Source: a virus
Reading direction: 5' to 3' (one strand)
Virus record (IMG/VR): IMGVR_UViG_3300021963_004854
Location: 107,567-171,566 of that record
Length of the DNA: 64,000 bases
The position numbers and the translations under genes were made by a program. Shown here one piece after another: positions 1-9,325 of this stretch. Each line of letters starts with the position of its first letter. Position 1 is the stretch's first letter. The notes under the pieces were generated by a model. The model did not search any database, was not told the DNA's origin, and saw only the letters and a list, made by a program, of their open reading frames with translations.

Positions 1-131
1 ACCATAAGGCTCTAGCTGAGGCACATGTTATCAATGCCCAGGCAGAATCAATTGAAGCCGATACAGAAATCAAATTGATGGCTGCTATCGATAAGTATAA
101 AGATTCAGACGAAGATCACGGACCATTCTAA
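1..131 (+). CDS. 3' end of a gene upstream of the endolysin (partial, function unknown)
   Basis: Open frame from 3 to TAA 129-131 (...KDSDEDHGPF*); the stop overlaps the endolysin ATG. Confidence 0.6.
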   Translation, partial: HKALAEAHVINAQAESIEADTEIKLMAAIDKYKDSDEDHGPF

Positions 132-1306
132 TGACACAGCTAACAGAACATTTCACCCTAGAAGAACTAACAGTTTCTCCTACCGCTAAGAAGCTGGGCC
201 TTCCTAACACACCAACAGCCGAGCATATTGAAAATATGCGCTACTGTTGCGAGAAGATCCTTGAGCCTGTTCGTGCTAAGTTTGGTCCAGTTACAGTCAA
301 CTCTTCATATCGTGCGCCTCTTGTTAACAAGGCTGTTGGTGGTTCGAAGACCTCGCAACACGTTAACGGTCAAGCAATTGACTTTGAAGTTAAGGGTGTT
401 GACAACAAGAAGGTTGCTGACTGGGTTGCTGACAACCTAGAGTTTGACCAAGTTATTCTGGAGTTTTATTCTTCGGGTGATAAGAACTCCGGCTGGGTTC
501 ACGCTTCTATCAAGAAAGAAGGTGGCAACCGCAAGCAACGCTTAGTCGCTACAAAGTCTAAGGCTGGTGGTACAAAGTATACACCTGTTGCAGATTTTGA
601 TCCAAGCACAACTAAGGAAGCTGGTGCACCTGTAGTAGAAGCTGTAGCACAGGTTGCTAAAGCTGCCGCGCAGACAACATCACCCGCTGGTCTTGGACCA
701 ATGGCCGCACTTCAAGCTAAGTGTGGTCTGCCTGCAGACGGCAAGTGGGGTCCAGGCACATTCAAGGGTGCCAAGGATTACTACAAGCTGTCAACTGCAC
801 AGGCGGCTCACTTCTTCGGTCAATGCGCCCACGAGTCAGGCAACTTCAAGGTGTTCTCGGAAAATCTAAACTATTCGGCGGATGGTTTGACTAAGATTTT
901 CAAGAAGTATTTCCCAAGTCTGGCTGCGGCACAAGGCTACGCTCGTAAGCCAGAAAAGATTGCTAACAAAGTATACGCCAATCGTATGGGTAATGGCCCA
1001 GAAGCCTCGGGTGATGGTTGGAAGTTCCGCGGTCGTGGTCCAATCCAACTAACTGGCAAGGATAACTACACTGCATTCGCACAATCAATCAAGCGCCCAG
1101 ATATTCTAACAAATCCTGATATCGTAGCAACAGAACTTGCTTTCGAATCCGCTCTATGGTTCTTCAATAAGAATGGTCTATTCGCAATCGCTGATAAGGG
1201 TGTAACAGATGCAGTCATCGGGCAAATTACTCGCCGCGTAAACGGTGGTACGCATGGTCTTGATGACCGCATTAAGAAAACTAAGCAATACGCAAACTGG
1301 GGATAA
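131..1306 (+). CDS. Modular endolysin: peptidase M15 + peptidoglycan-binding segment + GH19 lysozyme/chitinase
   Basis: N-term SSYR..N..VGG...SQH..G.A.D...WVH (M15 Zn peptidase); ALQ..CGL.ADGKWGPGT (PG-binding); AHFFGQCAHES..F..ENLNY, FRGRGPIQLTG, TRRVNGG (GH19). Confidence 0.9.
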   Translation: MTQLTEHFTLEELTVSPTAKKLGLPNTPTAEHIENMRYCCEKILEPVRAKFGPVTVNSSYRAPLVNKAVGGSKTSQHVNGQAIDFEVKGVDNKKVADWVADNLEFDQVILEFYSSGDKNSGWVHASIKKEGGNRKQRLVATKSKAGGTKYTPVADFDPSTTKEAGAPVVEAVAQVAKAAAQTTSPAGLGPMAALQAKCGLPADGKWGPGTFKGAKDYYKLSTAQAAHFFGQCAHESGNFKVFSENLNYSADGLTKIFKKYFPSLAAAQGYARKPEKIANKVYANRMGNGPEASGDGWKFRGRGPIQLTGKDNYTAFAQSIKRPDILTNPDIVATELAFESALWFFNKNGLFAIADKGVTDAVIGQITRRVNGGTHGLDDRIKKTKQYANWG

Positions 1307-1311
1307 TAAAT

Positions 1312-1488
1312 ATGCTCAATCAAATCAAAGATGCACTGAAAAAACTTTTTGGTTTTGTAGACGCTAACAAAGACGGCAAGATTGATCTCGCTGAGGTTAC
1401 TGCCGCAGTTGATACGGCAGAAGCAAAGGTTGAAGAAGTTAAGGCAGTGGTAAAGAAAACACGCGCTCGTAAGCCAAAAGCAAAGTAA
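1312..1488 (+). CDS. Small EF-hand protein (58 aa, not in ORF track)
   Basis: MLNQIKDALKKLFGFVDANKDGKIDLAEV...KPKAK*; 12-residue EF-hand loop DANKDGKIDLAE. Confidence 0.75.
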   Translation: MLNQIKDALKKLFGFVDANKDGKIDLAEVTAAVDTAEAKVEEVKAVVKKTRARKPKAK

Positions 1489-1497
1489 GGGAATTAA

Positions 1498-2967
1498 ATG
1501 TCAAGCAACACTATCCATAGAGCCTTAGTTGAAAAGTTAGGCGGTCGTAATGTAAGTGAATATGTTGGTAATGCTGGTGATCTCTTCTGGGATCCAGATA
1601 CTGGTAACATGCGCATCTCCGACGGTGAAACTGTTGGCGGTCTTAGTGTTGCTGAATCATCGCCTTGGGCAGAAGATATCTTCGTTGGTCCATGGGTAAA
1701 CTTTGTTCGCCCACCAGATTCACCAGAAGTTGTAGATGAAATCATCCCAGAAGTCCTTGCTATCGCTAGAAACCCATCCGGCGAAGGTAATGGGTCGATC
1801 TACAATGCTCTTAGAGAAGGCGAAGACGGATCGGTAAGCACACCGTATTTCACTTCATGGAACACCGATGGTTGGGGCGACCTAACAAACATCAAGTCAC
1901 GTTACTACGAAGACCTGCAATCTGCATGGGATGGTAGTGGTCCAAAGACGGTTCACTTCGAATGGATCATGAAGGTTTCGGATTACGATGGACCTGAACG
2001 TTACTTCCTCGTTCGTTTCTTCAACTGGGATTCGGGTGGTGTTGATGGCGCTAACGGTGCATTCTCTTGGACTCGCCGTGAAATCAATGCTAATGCATTC
2101 TTCTCTCGCGTTGATACAAACGATGAAGAAGAAGCATATGTAACTGGTGATGTAATTGCACCACACCTTGTTCTTACTCGTGAAAACAATGGATTCCTGT
2201 TCAACTACGGTTATGATGCCGCAGAAGATGATTACTATGAAACAAACTACAACGAAGATCGTTCACCAAAGAATACTCTTTGGAACTGGGAAGGTTGGGA
2301 CAATCTCCAGAACCTGAAGTCGCGTCAATTCTCACTCTTCGGTGACCTTGTTTACGCTGAAAACTGGTACGGTAAGCAAATCGTTGGTCGCGAATTCATC
2401 ATGTGGGATACGGTTGCAGATGAATACTATGCAATCAAGTTTACTCGCTGGAACAATAACAGCAACTACAACTATCCTGGTTTCTCTTACATCCGTCGCA
2501 AGATTGATCAAGAAAAACTATCTCACGGTCTGACATTCGAAGACGGCACAACTCAAAGAACTGCCTACTCGACTAAGATTGGTGGCACAATTCCACAAGC
2601 ACCTGCCATCACTTCTAAGAACCTTGATATGACACGTTGGATCAACTCAGATGATATTGGTAAACTTATCATCGTAGATGGCGATACTCCAAACTCTGTC
2701 ACCATTCCCGACACATCAACTCTACAATGGCCAATTGGTGGTGTAGTTACCATTCTTAATATGTCTGGTAATACTCTCTACATCTACAAGGACAATGATG
2801 ATGAGAACGGAACCATCTATGGTAACGGAACAGGTGATAGTTCTACTGGATGGCAAGTTCCTGATACTGGCGGTTACAATCTGGTAACTCTCATGAAGAT
2901 CAAGCAGGGTATGGATAACTATTTCAACGACTACATCCTTACGGGTGTTGGCATTGAGGTAGACTAA
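1498..2967 (+). CDS. Putative virion/tail-fibre-associated protein with a duplicated internal domain
   Basis: N-term YVGNAGDLFWDPDTGNMRISDG.T.GG resembles fibre N-terminal attachment motifs; two homologous Trp-rich repeats. Confidence 0.55.
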   Translation: MSSNTIHRALVEKLGGRNVSEYVGNAGDLFWDPDTGNMRISDGETVGGLSVAESSPWAEDIFVGPWVNFVRPPDSPEVVDEIIPEVLAIARNPSGEGNGSIYNALREGEDGSVSTPYFTSWNTDGWGDLTNIKSRYYEDLQSAWDGSGPKTVHFEWIMKVSDYDGPERYFLVRFFNWDSGGVDGANGAFSWTRREINANAFFSRVDTNDEEEAYVTGDVIAPHLVLTRENNGFLFNYGYDAAEDDYYETNYNEDRSPKNTLWNWEGWDNLQNLKSRQFSLFGDLVYAENWYGKQIVGREFIMWDTVADEYYAIKFTRWNNNSNYNYPGFSYIRRKIDQEKLSHGLTFEDGTTQRTAYSTKIGGTIPQAPAITSKNLDMTRWINSDDIGKLIIVDGDTPNSVTIPDTSTLQWPIGGVVTILNMSGNTLYIYKDNDDENGTIYGNGTGDSSTGWQVPDTGGYNLVTLMKIKQGMDNYFNDYILTGVGIEVD

Positions 2968-2968
2968 T

Positions 2969-3685
2969 ATGAGTGTTGTTCAAATCCTTCAAGGAATCAT
3001 TGCTGCCGCTGCCTCTGGTAGCGGTGGCGGTGGTGGCGGAGGTGGCGGAGGTGCCACCTACCGCTCGTGGACCATTCAATGGTGGATGAAAAAATTAAGT
3101 CCACAATCTGTTGCCAGTCCTAGAGTATTTTCAGTTGGTGTAGACACCTCAGCATCAATTGGATATTCAAATGAATCTGGTGGCGACTATGTTTGGACAG
3201 GAGGAAGTGCTCCTCCTGGACTTGGACCTATTACAGTTGGTTCAATTGCTAACTCTTGGCATCATTTTTCTATCAATTCAGATGGTACCAATTTGTATTT
3301 CTTCAAGAACGGACAACTATTGAGTTCCGCTCCTAGAACGGGCAATGCAATTACAGATGCAACAACTCAATTCTGGTTGGGTGGTGATAATAACTTCCAC
3401 TGGAAGGGTCGTATTGCGGACTTTAACATTGTAAAAGGTAATTGTCTGTATACCAGTACCTATACTCCACCGACCAGAATAACAACTGCACCTTCTGGAA
3501 CAGTTTTCATGCAGGTTTGCGATCCAAGCGTTCAAACTGGTCCAGGAATGTCTGGTTCATCTAACTACAGCAGTGTAGCAGATGATCCATGGGGCGACGG
3601 AATCGATTCAGTAGAATTTACAGGACAAACTTTCTCATATATTCGCTGGGATGGTAATTTAATCTTTGCGCTAGACGTTGCATAA
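2969..3685 (+). CDS. LamG/concanavalin-like beta-sandwich structural protein with poly-Gly linker
   Basis: WTIQWW, NSWHHF, YFFKNG, WLGG, W.GRIADFNIVKG..LYT..YTPPT pattern typical of phage LamG domains. Confidence 0.7.
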   Translation: MSVVQILQGIIAAAASGSGGGGGGGGGGATYRSWTIQWWMKKLSPQSVASPRVFSVGVDTSASIGYSNESGGDYVWTGGSAPPGLGPITVGSIANSWHHFSINSDGTNLYFFKNGQLLSSAPRTGNAITDATTQFWLGGDNNFHWKGRIADFNIVKGNCLYTSTYTPPTRITTAPSGTVFMQVCDPSVQTGPGMSGSSNYSSVADDPWGDGIDSVEFTGQTFSYIRWDGNLIFALDVA

Positions 3686-3688
3686 TAA

Positions 3689-4162
3689 ATGGAATCTCTG
3701 GAAACCAAAGTCGCGGTAATCGAACATGACCTGAAACAAATTCAGGTTGTGTTCGGTCGCCTTGACTTAGCAATCGAAAAGATTGGGGATGTTTCCAACT
3801 GTATCAATAAAATGTTAGCTGTGCATGATACTAAACTTGAAGCACAAGAAAATGTCAATGAAGATATCTATCAGAGTTTAGAAGTGCATAGAAATGAAAC
3901 TAAGGCCAGCAATGCCGAATTGCATTCCAGAATTACTACCATCACTAGAGAACTGGAATCTAAAATTCAAACCACAGAAGACAAACTTCTTGATGCCATC
4001 AAAGACTTGAAAAAGTCGGTTGAAAAAGAAGAAGAAAAAAACAAAGAACGTATTGACAAACTAGAAAAAGCCAAGTATCTATTTGTAGGTGGTGGTCTAG
4101 TTGTCGGTGCTATTCTAACTAAAATTCTACCCGCACTATCAAAATTTATACAAATAGGTTGA
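3689..4162 (+). CDS. Coiled-coil protein with C-terminal transmembrane helix
   Basis: Heptad-rich body, C-term YLFVGGGLVVGAIL. Confidence 0.6.
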   Translation: MESLETKVAVIEHDLKQIQVVFGRLDLAIEKIGDVSNCINKMLAVHDTKLEAQENVNEDIYQSLEVHRNETKASNAELHSRITTITRELESKIQTTEDKLLDAIKDLKKSVEKEEEKNKERIDKLEKAKYLFVGGGLVVGAILTKILPALSKFIQIG

Positions 4163-4192
4163 CTTTCACCCACTAGGGGTGTATAGTGAATC
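4159..4192 (+). promoter_or_regulatory. Sigma70-type promoter for primase, with GANTC just downstream of -10
   Basis: TTGACT 4159-4164, 17 bp, TATAGT 4182-4187, GAATC 4188-4192. Confidence 0.7.
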
Positions 4193-4193
4193 T

Positions 4194-5234
4194 ATGAGTG
4201 CATATATTGATATTCAGTTTCTCCATGCCATTTCGTATCGCCTGGAGAACTTCAAGAAAAAATCTAGTGATCTTTGGAACTGCAGGTGTCCTATCTGTGG
4301 TGACTCCTCGCGTAATAAAAGAAAGTCGCGGGGTTATTTCTTCCTGGGAAAGAATGACCTAAACTATAAGTGCCATAACTGTGGCGTATCTATGGGCTTT
4401 GGTAACTTTCTAAAGCAGTTTGATGACAACCAATATAAACAATATGTCATTCAACGCTATGCAGATACGGCCAAAGTTGGACCTGCAAAGTCACATAAGA
4501 AAATCCAAGACGTTCTAGATTTTTCTGAGCCAGTCTTCAATAAGAAGCCTGACCCTAAACTGATCGATCAGATTATGGATCGACTAGACACACTGCCAGA
4601 TGACCATGAGGTAATTCAATATGTTACTGACCGCAAAATCCCTCGCGATGCTTTTAGTCGGCTGTATTTCATTCCTAATGTTAAAGATATCGTTCAACTT
4701 AATGCCAAATACAAAGACTCCATCATCACCTCCGAGCCGCGCCTCGCGATTCCTTTTTTTGATGGCTCTGGCAAACTCCTTGTTGTTAGCCTTCGCGGAA
4801 TCAGAGGCGAGTCGCTACGTTATATTAATGTTAAAGTAGATGAAGATGCGCCATCGATTTTCGGTCTGGATCAGGTCGATACTACAAAAGAAATACTTGT
4901 CGTCGAAGGGCCTCTTGACTCCCTTTTTCTTGATAATGCTATCGCTTGTGCTGGAACATCATTCGGAAAAATCGACCAACTCCCGATACCAAAAGAAAAG
5001 ATAACAATTATTTTCGATAATCAACCTAAAAACCGAGAAGTCGGTAAGTTGATGAATAAGTATATAGAGATGGGTTACAAGATGGTAATCTGGCCAGACA
5101 GTGTTCCTGGTAAAGATATTAATGAGATGATTGAAAATGGGTTGACTTCTGGTGAAATCCATAGTATTATAAATGATAATACTTTTCAAGGACTAGCAGC
5201 AAAGGCAAGATATGCCATGTGGAGAAAGATATGA
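4194..5234 (+). CDS. gp61: T4-like DNA primase
   Basis: Zn finger CRCPICGDS...YKCHNCG; TOPRIM VVEGPLDSLFL, FDNQP.N, KDINEM; ATG 4194 preferred over GTG 4179. Confidence 0.95.
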   Translation: MSAYIDIQFLHAISYRLENFKKKSSDLWNCRCPICGDSSRNKRKSRGYFFLGKNDLNYKCHNCGVSMGFGNFLKQFDDNQYKQYVIQRYADTAKVGPAKSHKKIQDVLDFSEPVFNKKPDPKLIDQIMDRLDTLPDDHEVIQYVTDRKIPRDAFSRLYFIPNVKDIVQLNAKYKDSIITSEPRLAIPFFDGSGKLLVVSLRGIRGESLRYINVKVDEDAPSIFGLDQVDTTKEILVVEGPLDSLFLDNAIACAGTSFGKIDQLPIPKEKITIIFDNQPKNREVGKLMNKYIEMGYKMVIWPDSVPGKDINEMIENGLTSGEIHSIINDNTFQGLAAKARYAMWRKI

Positions 5235-5497
5235 GCGAATTGGTCGCGAATGAATATGGTATTGAGTTTGACCATATTCGCATCACAAAGTTACGCATAC
5301 ATCGCACAGACGGTAAGTGGCTTGTAGAATATCGTAGAGAACCTCGTTGGTTTCTAGGTCTAGATCGCTGGTGGTGGTTCGATGACGGCACATACATTGA
5401 TTATGCCGATGCATCTGCTAGAGTAGACCATCTATTGGGTATTGGTTTCGTAAGTAAGACGCAGTTCCAGACAGTTAAGGAGTTTGAAGTTGAGTGA
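5231..5497 (+). CDS. Hypothetical protein
   Basis: ATGA overlap with the primase stop; GGAG RBS. Confidence 0.65.
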   Translation: MSELVANEYGIEFDHIRITKLRIHRTDGKWLVEYRREPRWFLGLDRWWWFDDGTYIDYADASARVDHLLGIGFVSKTQFQTVKEFEVE

Positions 5498-6194
5498 AGT
5501 AAATTTGATTGGCATTACTAAGCCTAGTGCCTACACAGAATGTAATACAGCTAATGAACTTGTGGCATGGGCAGCTAGAGTATCTAATCCTTCAAACCAA
5601 AATAACACAGCAACAGCACCTAAGTTAGTTCGATATCTAATTCAGAACCAACATTGGTCACCTTTGGAGATGGTTCATGTATCTATGGAAATTAAAACAA
5701 CTCGTGATATCGCTCGGCAAATTCTACGCCATCGCTCCTTTGCATTCCAGGAATACTCTCAACGTTACGCCGATCCAACTAAGGACCTCGGGTTCGTAAC
5801 CAGGGAAGCTCGTCTACAGGACGCCAAGAATCGTCAAAACTCAGTTGAACTAACGCCAGATGAAAATCGTCTAGCAGAAGAGTGGAATGTTATGCAGACG
5901 CAAGCCACTAACGCCGCAAAAATGGCATACAACTGGGCAATCGAACGTGGCATCGCCAAGGAACAGGCCCGTGCTGTTCTACCCGAGGGTAATACGGAGT
6001 CCGTGATGATTATGTCCGGGTCTCTTCGTAGCTGGGTTCACTATTGTCAGTTGCGCATGGATAAGGCGACACAGAAAGAACACCGTATTGTGGCAGAACA
6101 ATGCTGGGAGATTATCGGTCAACACTTCCCCGATGTAATCAAAGCACTTGATGACATGGCAGCATGGGCAGAGTTCGAAAGAAAACTACCTTGA
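5484..6194 (+). CDS. thyX: Flavin-dependent thymidylate synthase
   Basis: HWSPLE, RQILRHRSFAFQEYSQRY ThyX signature. Confidence 0.97.
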   Translation: MKLSEVNLIGITKPSAYTECNTANELVAWAARVSNPSNQNNTATAPKLVRYLIQNQHWSPLEMVHVSMEIKTTRDIARQILRHRSFAFQEYSQRYADPTKDLGFVTREARLQDAKNRQNSVELTPDENRLAEEWNVMQTQATNAAKMAYNWAIERGIAKEQARAVLPEGNTESVMIMSGSLRSWVHYCQLRMDKATQKEHRIVAEQCWEIIGQHFPDVIKALDDMAAWAEFERKLP

Positions 6195-6279
6195 CCAAAA
6201 TCTGGAACACTTTTGATTCGCAGGTGGTCGCATTTTTTTCGCGCCAAAATTTTGGTTCGGAAAAGTCGGGTGGAGAATA

Positions 6280-6999
6280 ATGAGAATTCTTATTACTGGC
6301 CATGAGGGATTTATCGGTAGAAATGTCTCTCGCATACTATCAGATGAATTTGAAATAATTCCTTATGAAGGTGATATTAGAGACTTTAAGATTTCAGAAT
6401 ATTATTATGCAGTATTACATTTAGCCGCTCTAGCTGGTGTTAGAAAGAGTTGGTTGAATCCTGACGAATATTGGGATGTAAATGTTACTGGCTCAAATAA
6501 AGTTTTTGAAGAATGTAAACGTTTAAATCTTCGGTGTGTATATGCATCTTCTTCATCGATTTACGAATGGTGGAAAAATCCATATGCAGCTAGTAAAAAA
6601 GCGATGGAAGAACTTGCACCCAAGTATTCCGTTGGTATGAGATTTCATACAGTATATGGTCCAGACTCTCGACCAGACATGTTCTATGATATGATGCTTA
6701 ATGACAAGATAGAATATCTTACAACACATAAACGAGACTGGACACATGTTGAAGATGTTGCATCTGCTATAAGAATTATCTTGACAGACACTAGAATTTC
6801 TGGTAAGTTTGATATTGGCTCTGGTAATCCAGTTCCAGTTGTAGATGTTGCCAATGCATATGGCTACAGAGATGTTCCTATTAAAGAAGTTAGTGGAGAA
6901 AGAGAGGAAACTAATGCCGACATTTCACTACTAAAAAGTTATGGTTGGGAACCAAAGTTCAACATTCTAGAGGAAGCGAAAAATGCCAGAAACAGTTAA
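6280..6999 (+). CDS. NAD-dependent nucleotide-sugar epimerase/dehydratase
   Basis: ITGHEGFIG, HLAA, ASSSS, YAASK, RDWTHVED. Confidence 0.9.
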   Translation: MRILITGHEGFIGRNVSRILSDEFEIIPYEGDIRDFKISEYYYAVLHLAALAGVRKSWLNPDEYWDVNVTGSNKVFEECKRLNLRCVYASSSSIYEWWKNPYAASKKAMEELAPKYSVGMRFHTVYGPDSRPDMFYDMMLNDKIEYLTTHKRDWTHVEDVASAIRIILTDTRISGKFDIGSGNPVPVVDVANAYGYRDVPIKEVSGEREETNADISLLKSYGWEPKFNILEEAKNARNS

Positions 7000-7525
7000 G
7001 ATACAATATGATGCAGTTTCAGACGAACATTATATCGCTTGGGATGGACTAGAAGAAGAGACGGGTTGGAAGCCCGGCGACACAATAATTTGGGTAGACA
7101 ATGAAGATGGGAGTTATACGTTGACTAAGAAGAATAATAATTATCAGGATGATGTTGAACAGTTTATGGCCGCAGCCGACCAGTATATCGGCGCTACTCC
7201 TCATCTAAATGAAAATAATGAGGCTCAAGCCAAGCTATATATTGATCTAATTGATGAAGAATTTCGTGAACTTTGTGATGGATTTCTTCGTCGCCACATC
7301 GGAGATGTTGCTGACGGCGGCGCCGACCTGGTATGGGTCGTTAAGGGGTTGTTTACCACACTGGGCATTAACTTTGATGCTGTATGGGAAGAAGTCCGTG
7401 CGTCCAATATGAGTAAGGTTTCCGAGGGCGGAAAGATTAAGAAGCGGGCAGACGGTAAGATTCTCAAGCCAGATACTTACTTTAAGCCAAACATCGAAAA
7501 AGTTTTGAAGGATCAGGGTCTATAA
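6983..7525 (+). CDS. MazG/PRA-PH-like NTP pyrophosphohydrolase with N-terminal AbrB-like segment
   Basis: LIDEEFREL, D..AD, EVRASNMSK, DGKILKP; N-term GWKPGDTIIW.DN.DGSY.L. Confidence 0.8.
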   Translation: MPETVKIQYDAVSDEHYIAWDGLEEETGWKPGDTIIWVDNEDGSYTLTKKNNNYQDDVEQFMAAADQYIGATPHLNENNEAQAKLYIDLIDEEFRELCDGFLRRHIGDVADGGADLVWVVKGLFTTLGINFDAVWEEVRASNMSKVSEGGKIKKRADGKILKPDTYFKPNIEKVLKDQGL

Positions 7526-9325
7526 ATGGCAAAAGAAAACTATCTCGGAATTGAAATTGATTTATCACGCGACAACTTGTTTGACAAGTTGGGTATTCAG
7601 CGGCTGCAGGAATCATATATGCGAGATGATGAAACATCTCCGCAGCATAGATTTGCTTTTGTATCGAAGACTTTTGGTTCCAATCCAGAACATGCCCAGC
7701 GCCTTTACGAATATGCGTCAAAGCACTGGCTTTCGTATGCGACTCCCATTCTCTCGTTTGGCCGTTCCAAGCGCGGTATGCCTATTAGTTGCTTCCTTAA
7801 CTTCATTGACGATACTGCGGAGGGACTAGTTGACAATCTTTCAGAAACCAATTGGCTGTCTATGCTTGGGGGTGGCGTTGGTATTGGTTTTGGCATTCGC
7901 GCCGCAGATGATAAGTCTACTGGCGTTATGCCTCATCTTCGCACTTATGATGCTTCTAGTATGGCTTACCGTCAAGGTCGCACTCGCCGTGGCTCTTATG
8001 CTGCTTATCTGGATATTTCTCACCCTGATGTTGGGCTTTTTCTAGAAATGAGAAAGCCTACGGGTGACCCGAATATGCGGGCGCTCAACTTGCACCACGG
8101 AATCAACATTACCGACGATTTCATGCAAATCATCGAACGTTGTATGGCAGACGGTGATGCCGATGATAGCTGGAATCTAACTGACCCCAAATCAGGTGAA
8201 GTTCGCGATACTGTTTCTGCTAAGGAACTTTGGCAGAAGATTCTCGAATTGCGTATGATGACTGGTGAACCCTATCTACACTTCATTGATACGTCAAATC
8301 GGGCAATGCCAGATTTCCAGAAGGCGCTGGGTCTAAAGATTCATCAATCGAATCTTTGTTCGGAAATTATTCTTCCTACCGATAGAAAACGCACGGCTGT
8401 TTGTTGTCTATCTTCTGTCAATCTAGAATACTATGATGCATGGTCAAAGGATTCCATGTTCTTGAAGGACATGGCAGAAATGCTTGACAACGTTCTACAG
8501 TATTTTATTGATAACGCTCCTAAGCAAGTTTCCAGAGCAATCTACTCAGCCAAGCGAGAACGTTCAATTGGTATTGGCGCACTGGGCTTTCACGCTTATC
8601 TCCAGCGCAAGGGCATTGCATGGGAATCGGCTGTTGCTAAGGGTACCAATATGCGTATCTTTAAGCACATCAAGAACCGCCTAGATACTGCGAATCTGGA
8701 ACTTGGCGCAGAACGTGGTGAGGCACCCGATGCTGCTGGCACAGGTCGTCGGTTCTCTCATATGCAGGCGATTGCACCAAATGCATCTTCATCAATTATC
8801 ATGGGTAACACAAGTCCTTCGATTGAGCCATGGAGAGCAAATGCATATCGTCAAGATACTCTATCTGGTGCGTTTCTAAACAAGAACAAGTATCTTGATA
8901 AGATTATTATGGACGAAGCCGCTAATCACAAAGATGGTTGGTATGATGAAACATGGTCATCAATTATTGCAAATGATGGCTCTGTTCAACACCTTTCATG
9001 GATGGACGAAATCACAAAAGAAGTTTATAAGACTTCCATGGAAATCGATCAACGATGGGTGATTGAACATGCCGCAGATAGACAGAAGTTTATTGACCAG
9101 GCACAATCTCTCAACATTTTCTTCCGTCCTGATGCAAACATCAAGTATCTCCATGCTGTTCACTATCTTGCATGGAAACAGGGCTTGAAAACTCTATACT
9201 ACTGCCGCTCAGAAAAGATCGGCAAGGCAGATAAGGTTTCCAAGAAGATTGAACGAGAAGCGATTAAAGAAATTGACTTCAAAGCAATGATTGATGGTGA
9301 TACCTGTGTCGCATGTGAAGGTTAA
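7526..9325 (+). CDS. nrdA: Ribonucleotide reductase class I alpha subunit
   Basis: PISCF, SNLCSEI, AIAPNASSS, LKTLYY, C-term CVACEG. Confidence 0.97.
   Translation: MAKENYLGIEIDLSRDNLFDKLGIQRLQESYMRDDETSPQHRFAFVSKTFGSNPEHAQRLYEYASKHWLSYATPILSFGRSKRGMPISCFLNFIDDTAEGLVDNLSETNWLSMLGGGVGIGFGIRAADDKSTGVMPHLRTYDASSMAYRQGRTRRGSYAAYLDISHPDVGLFLEMRKPTGDPNMRALNLHHGINITDDFMQIIERCMADGDADDSWNLTDPKSGEVRDTVSAKELWQKILELRMMTGEPYLHFIDTSNRAMPDFQKALGLKIHQSNLCSEIILPTDRKRTAVCCLSSVNLEYYDAWSKDSMFLKDMAEMLDNVLQYFIDNAPKQVSRAIYSAKRERSIGIGALGFHAYLQRKGIAWESAVAKGTNMRIFKHIKNRLDTANLELGAERGEAPDAAGTGRRFSHMQAIAPNASSSIIMGNTSPSIEPWRANAYRQDTLSGAFLNKNKYLDKIIMDEAANHKDGWYDETWSSIIANDGSVQHLSWMDEITKEVYKTSMEIDQRWVIEHAADRQKFIDQAQSLNIFFRPDANIKYLHAVHYLAWKQGLKTLYYCRSEKIGKADKVSKKIEREAIKEIDFKAMIDGDTCVACEG

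Noticed and set aside
3017-3052. GGT/GGC tandem repeat
   Set aside because: It encodes a poly-Gly linker and is not a separate element
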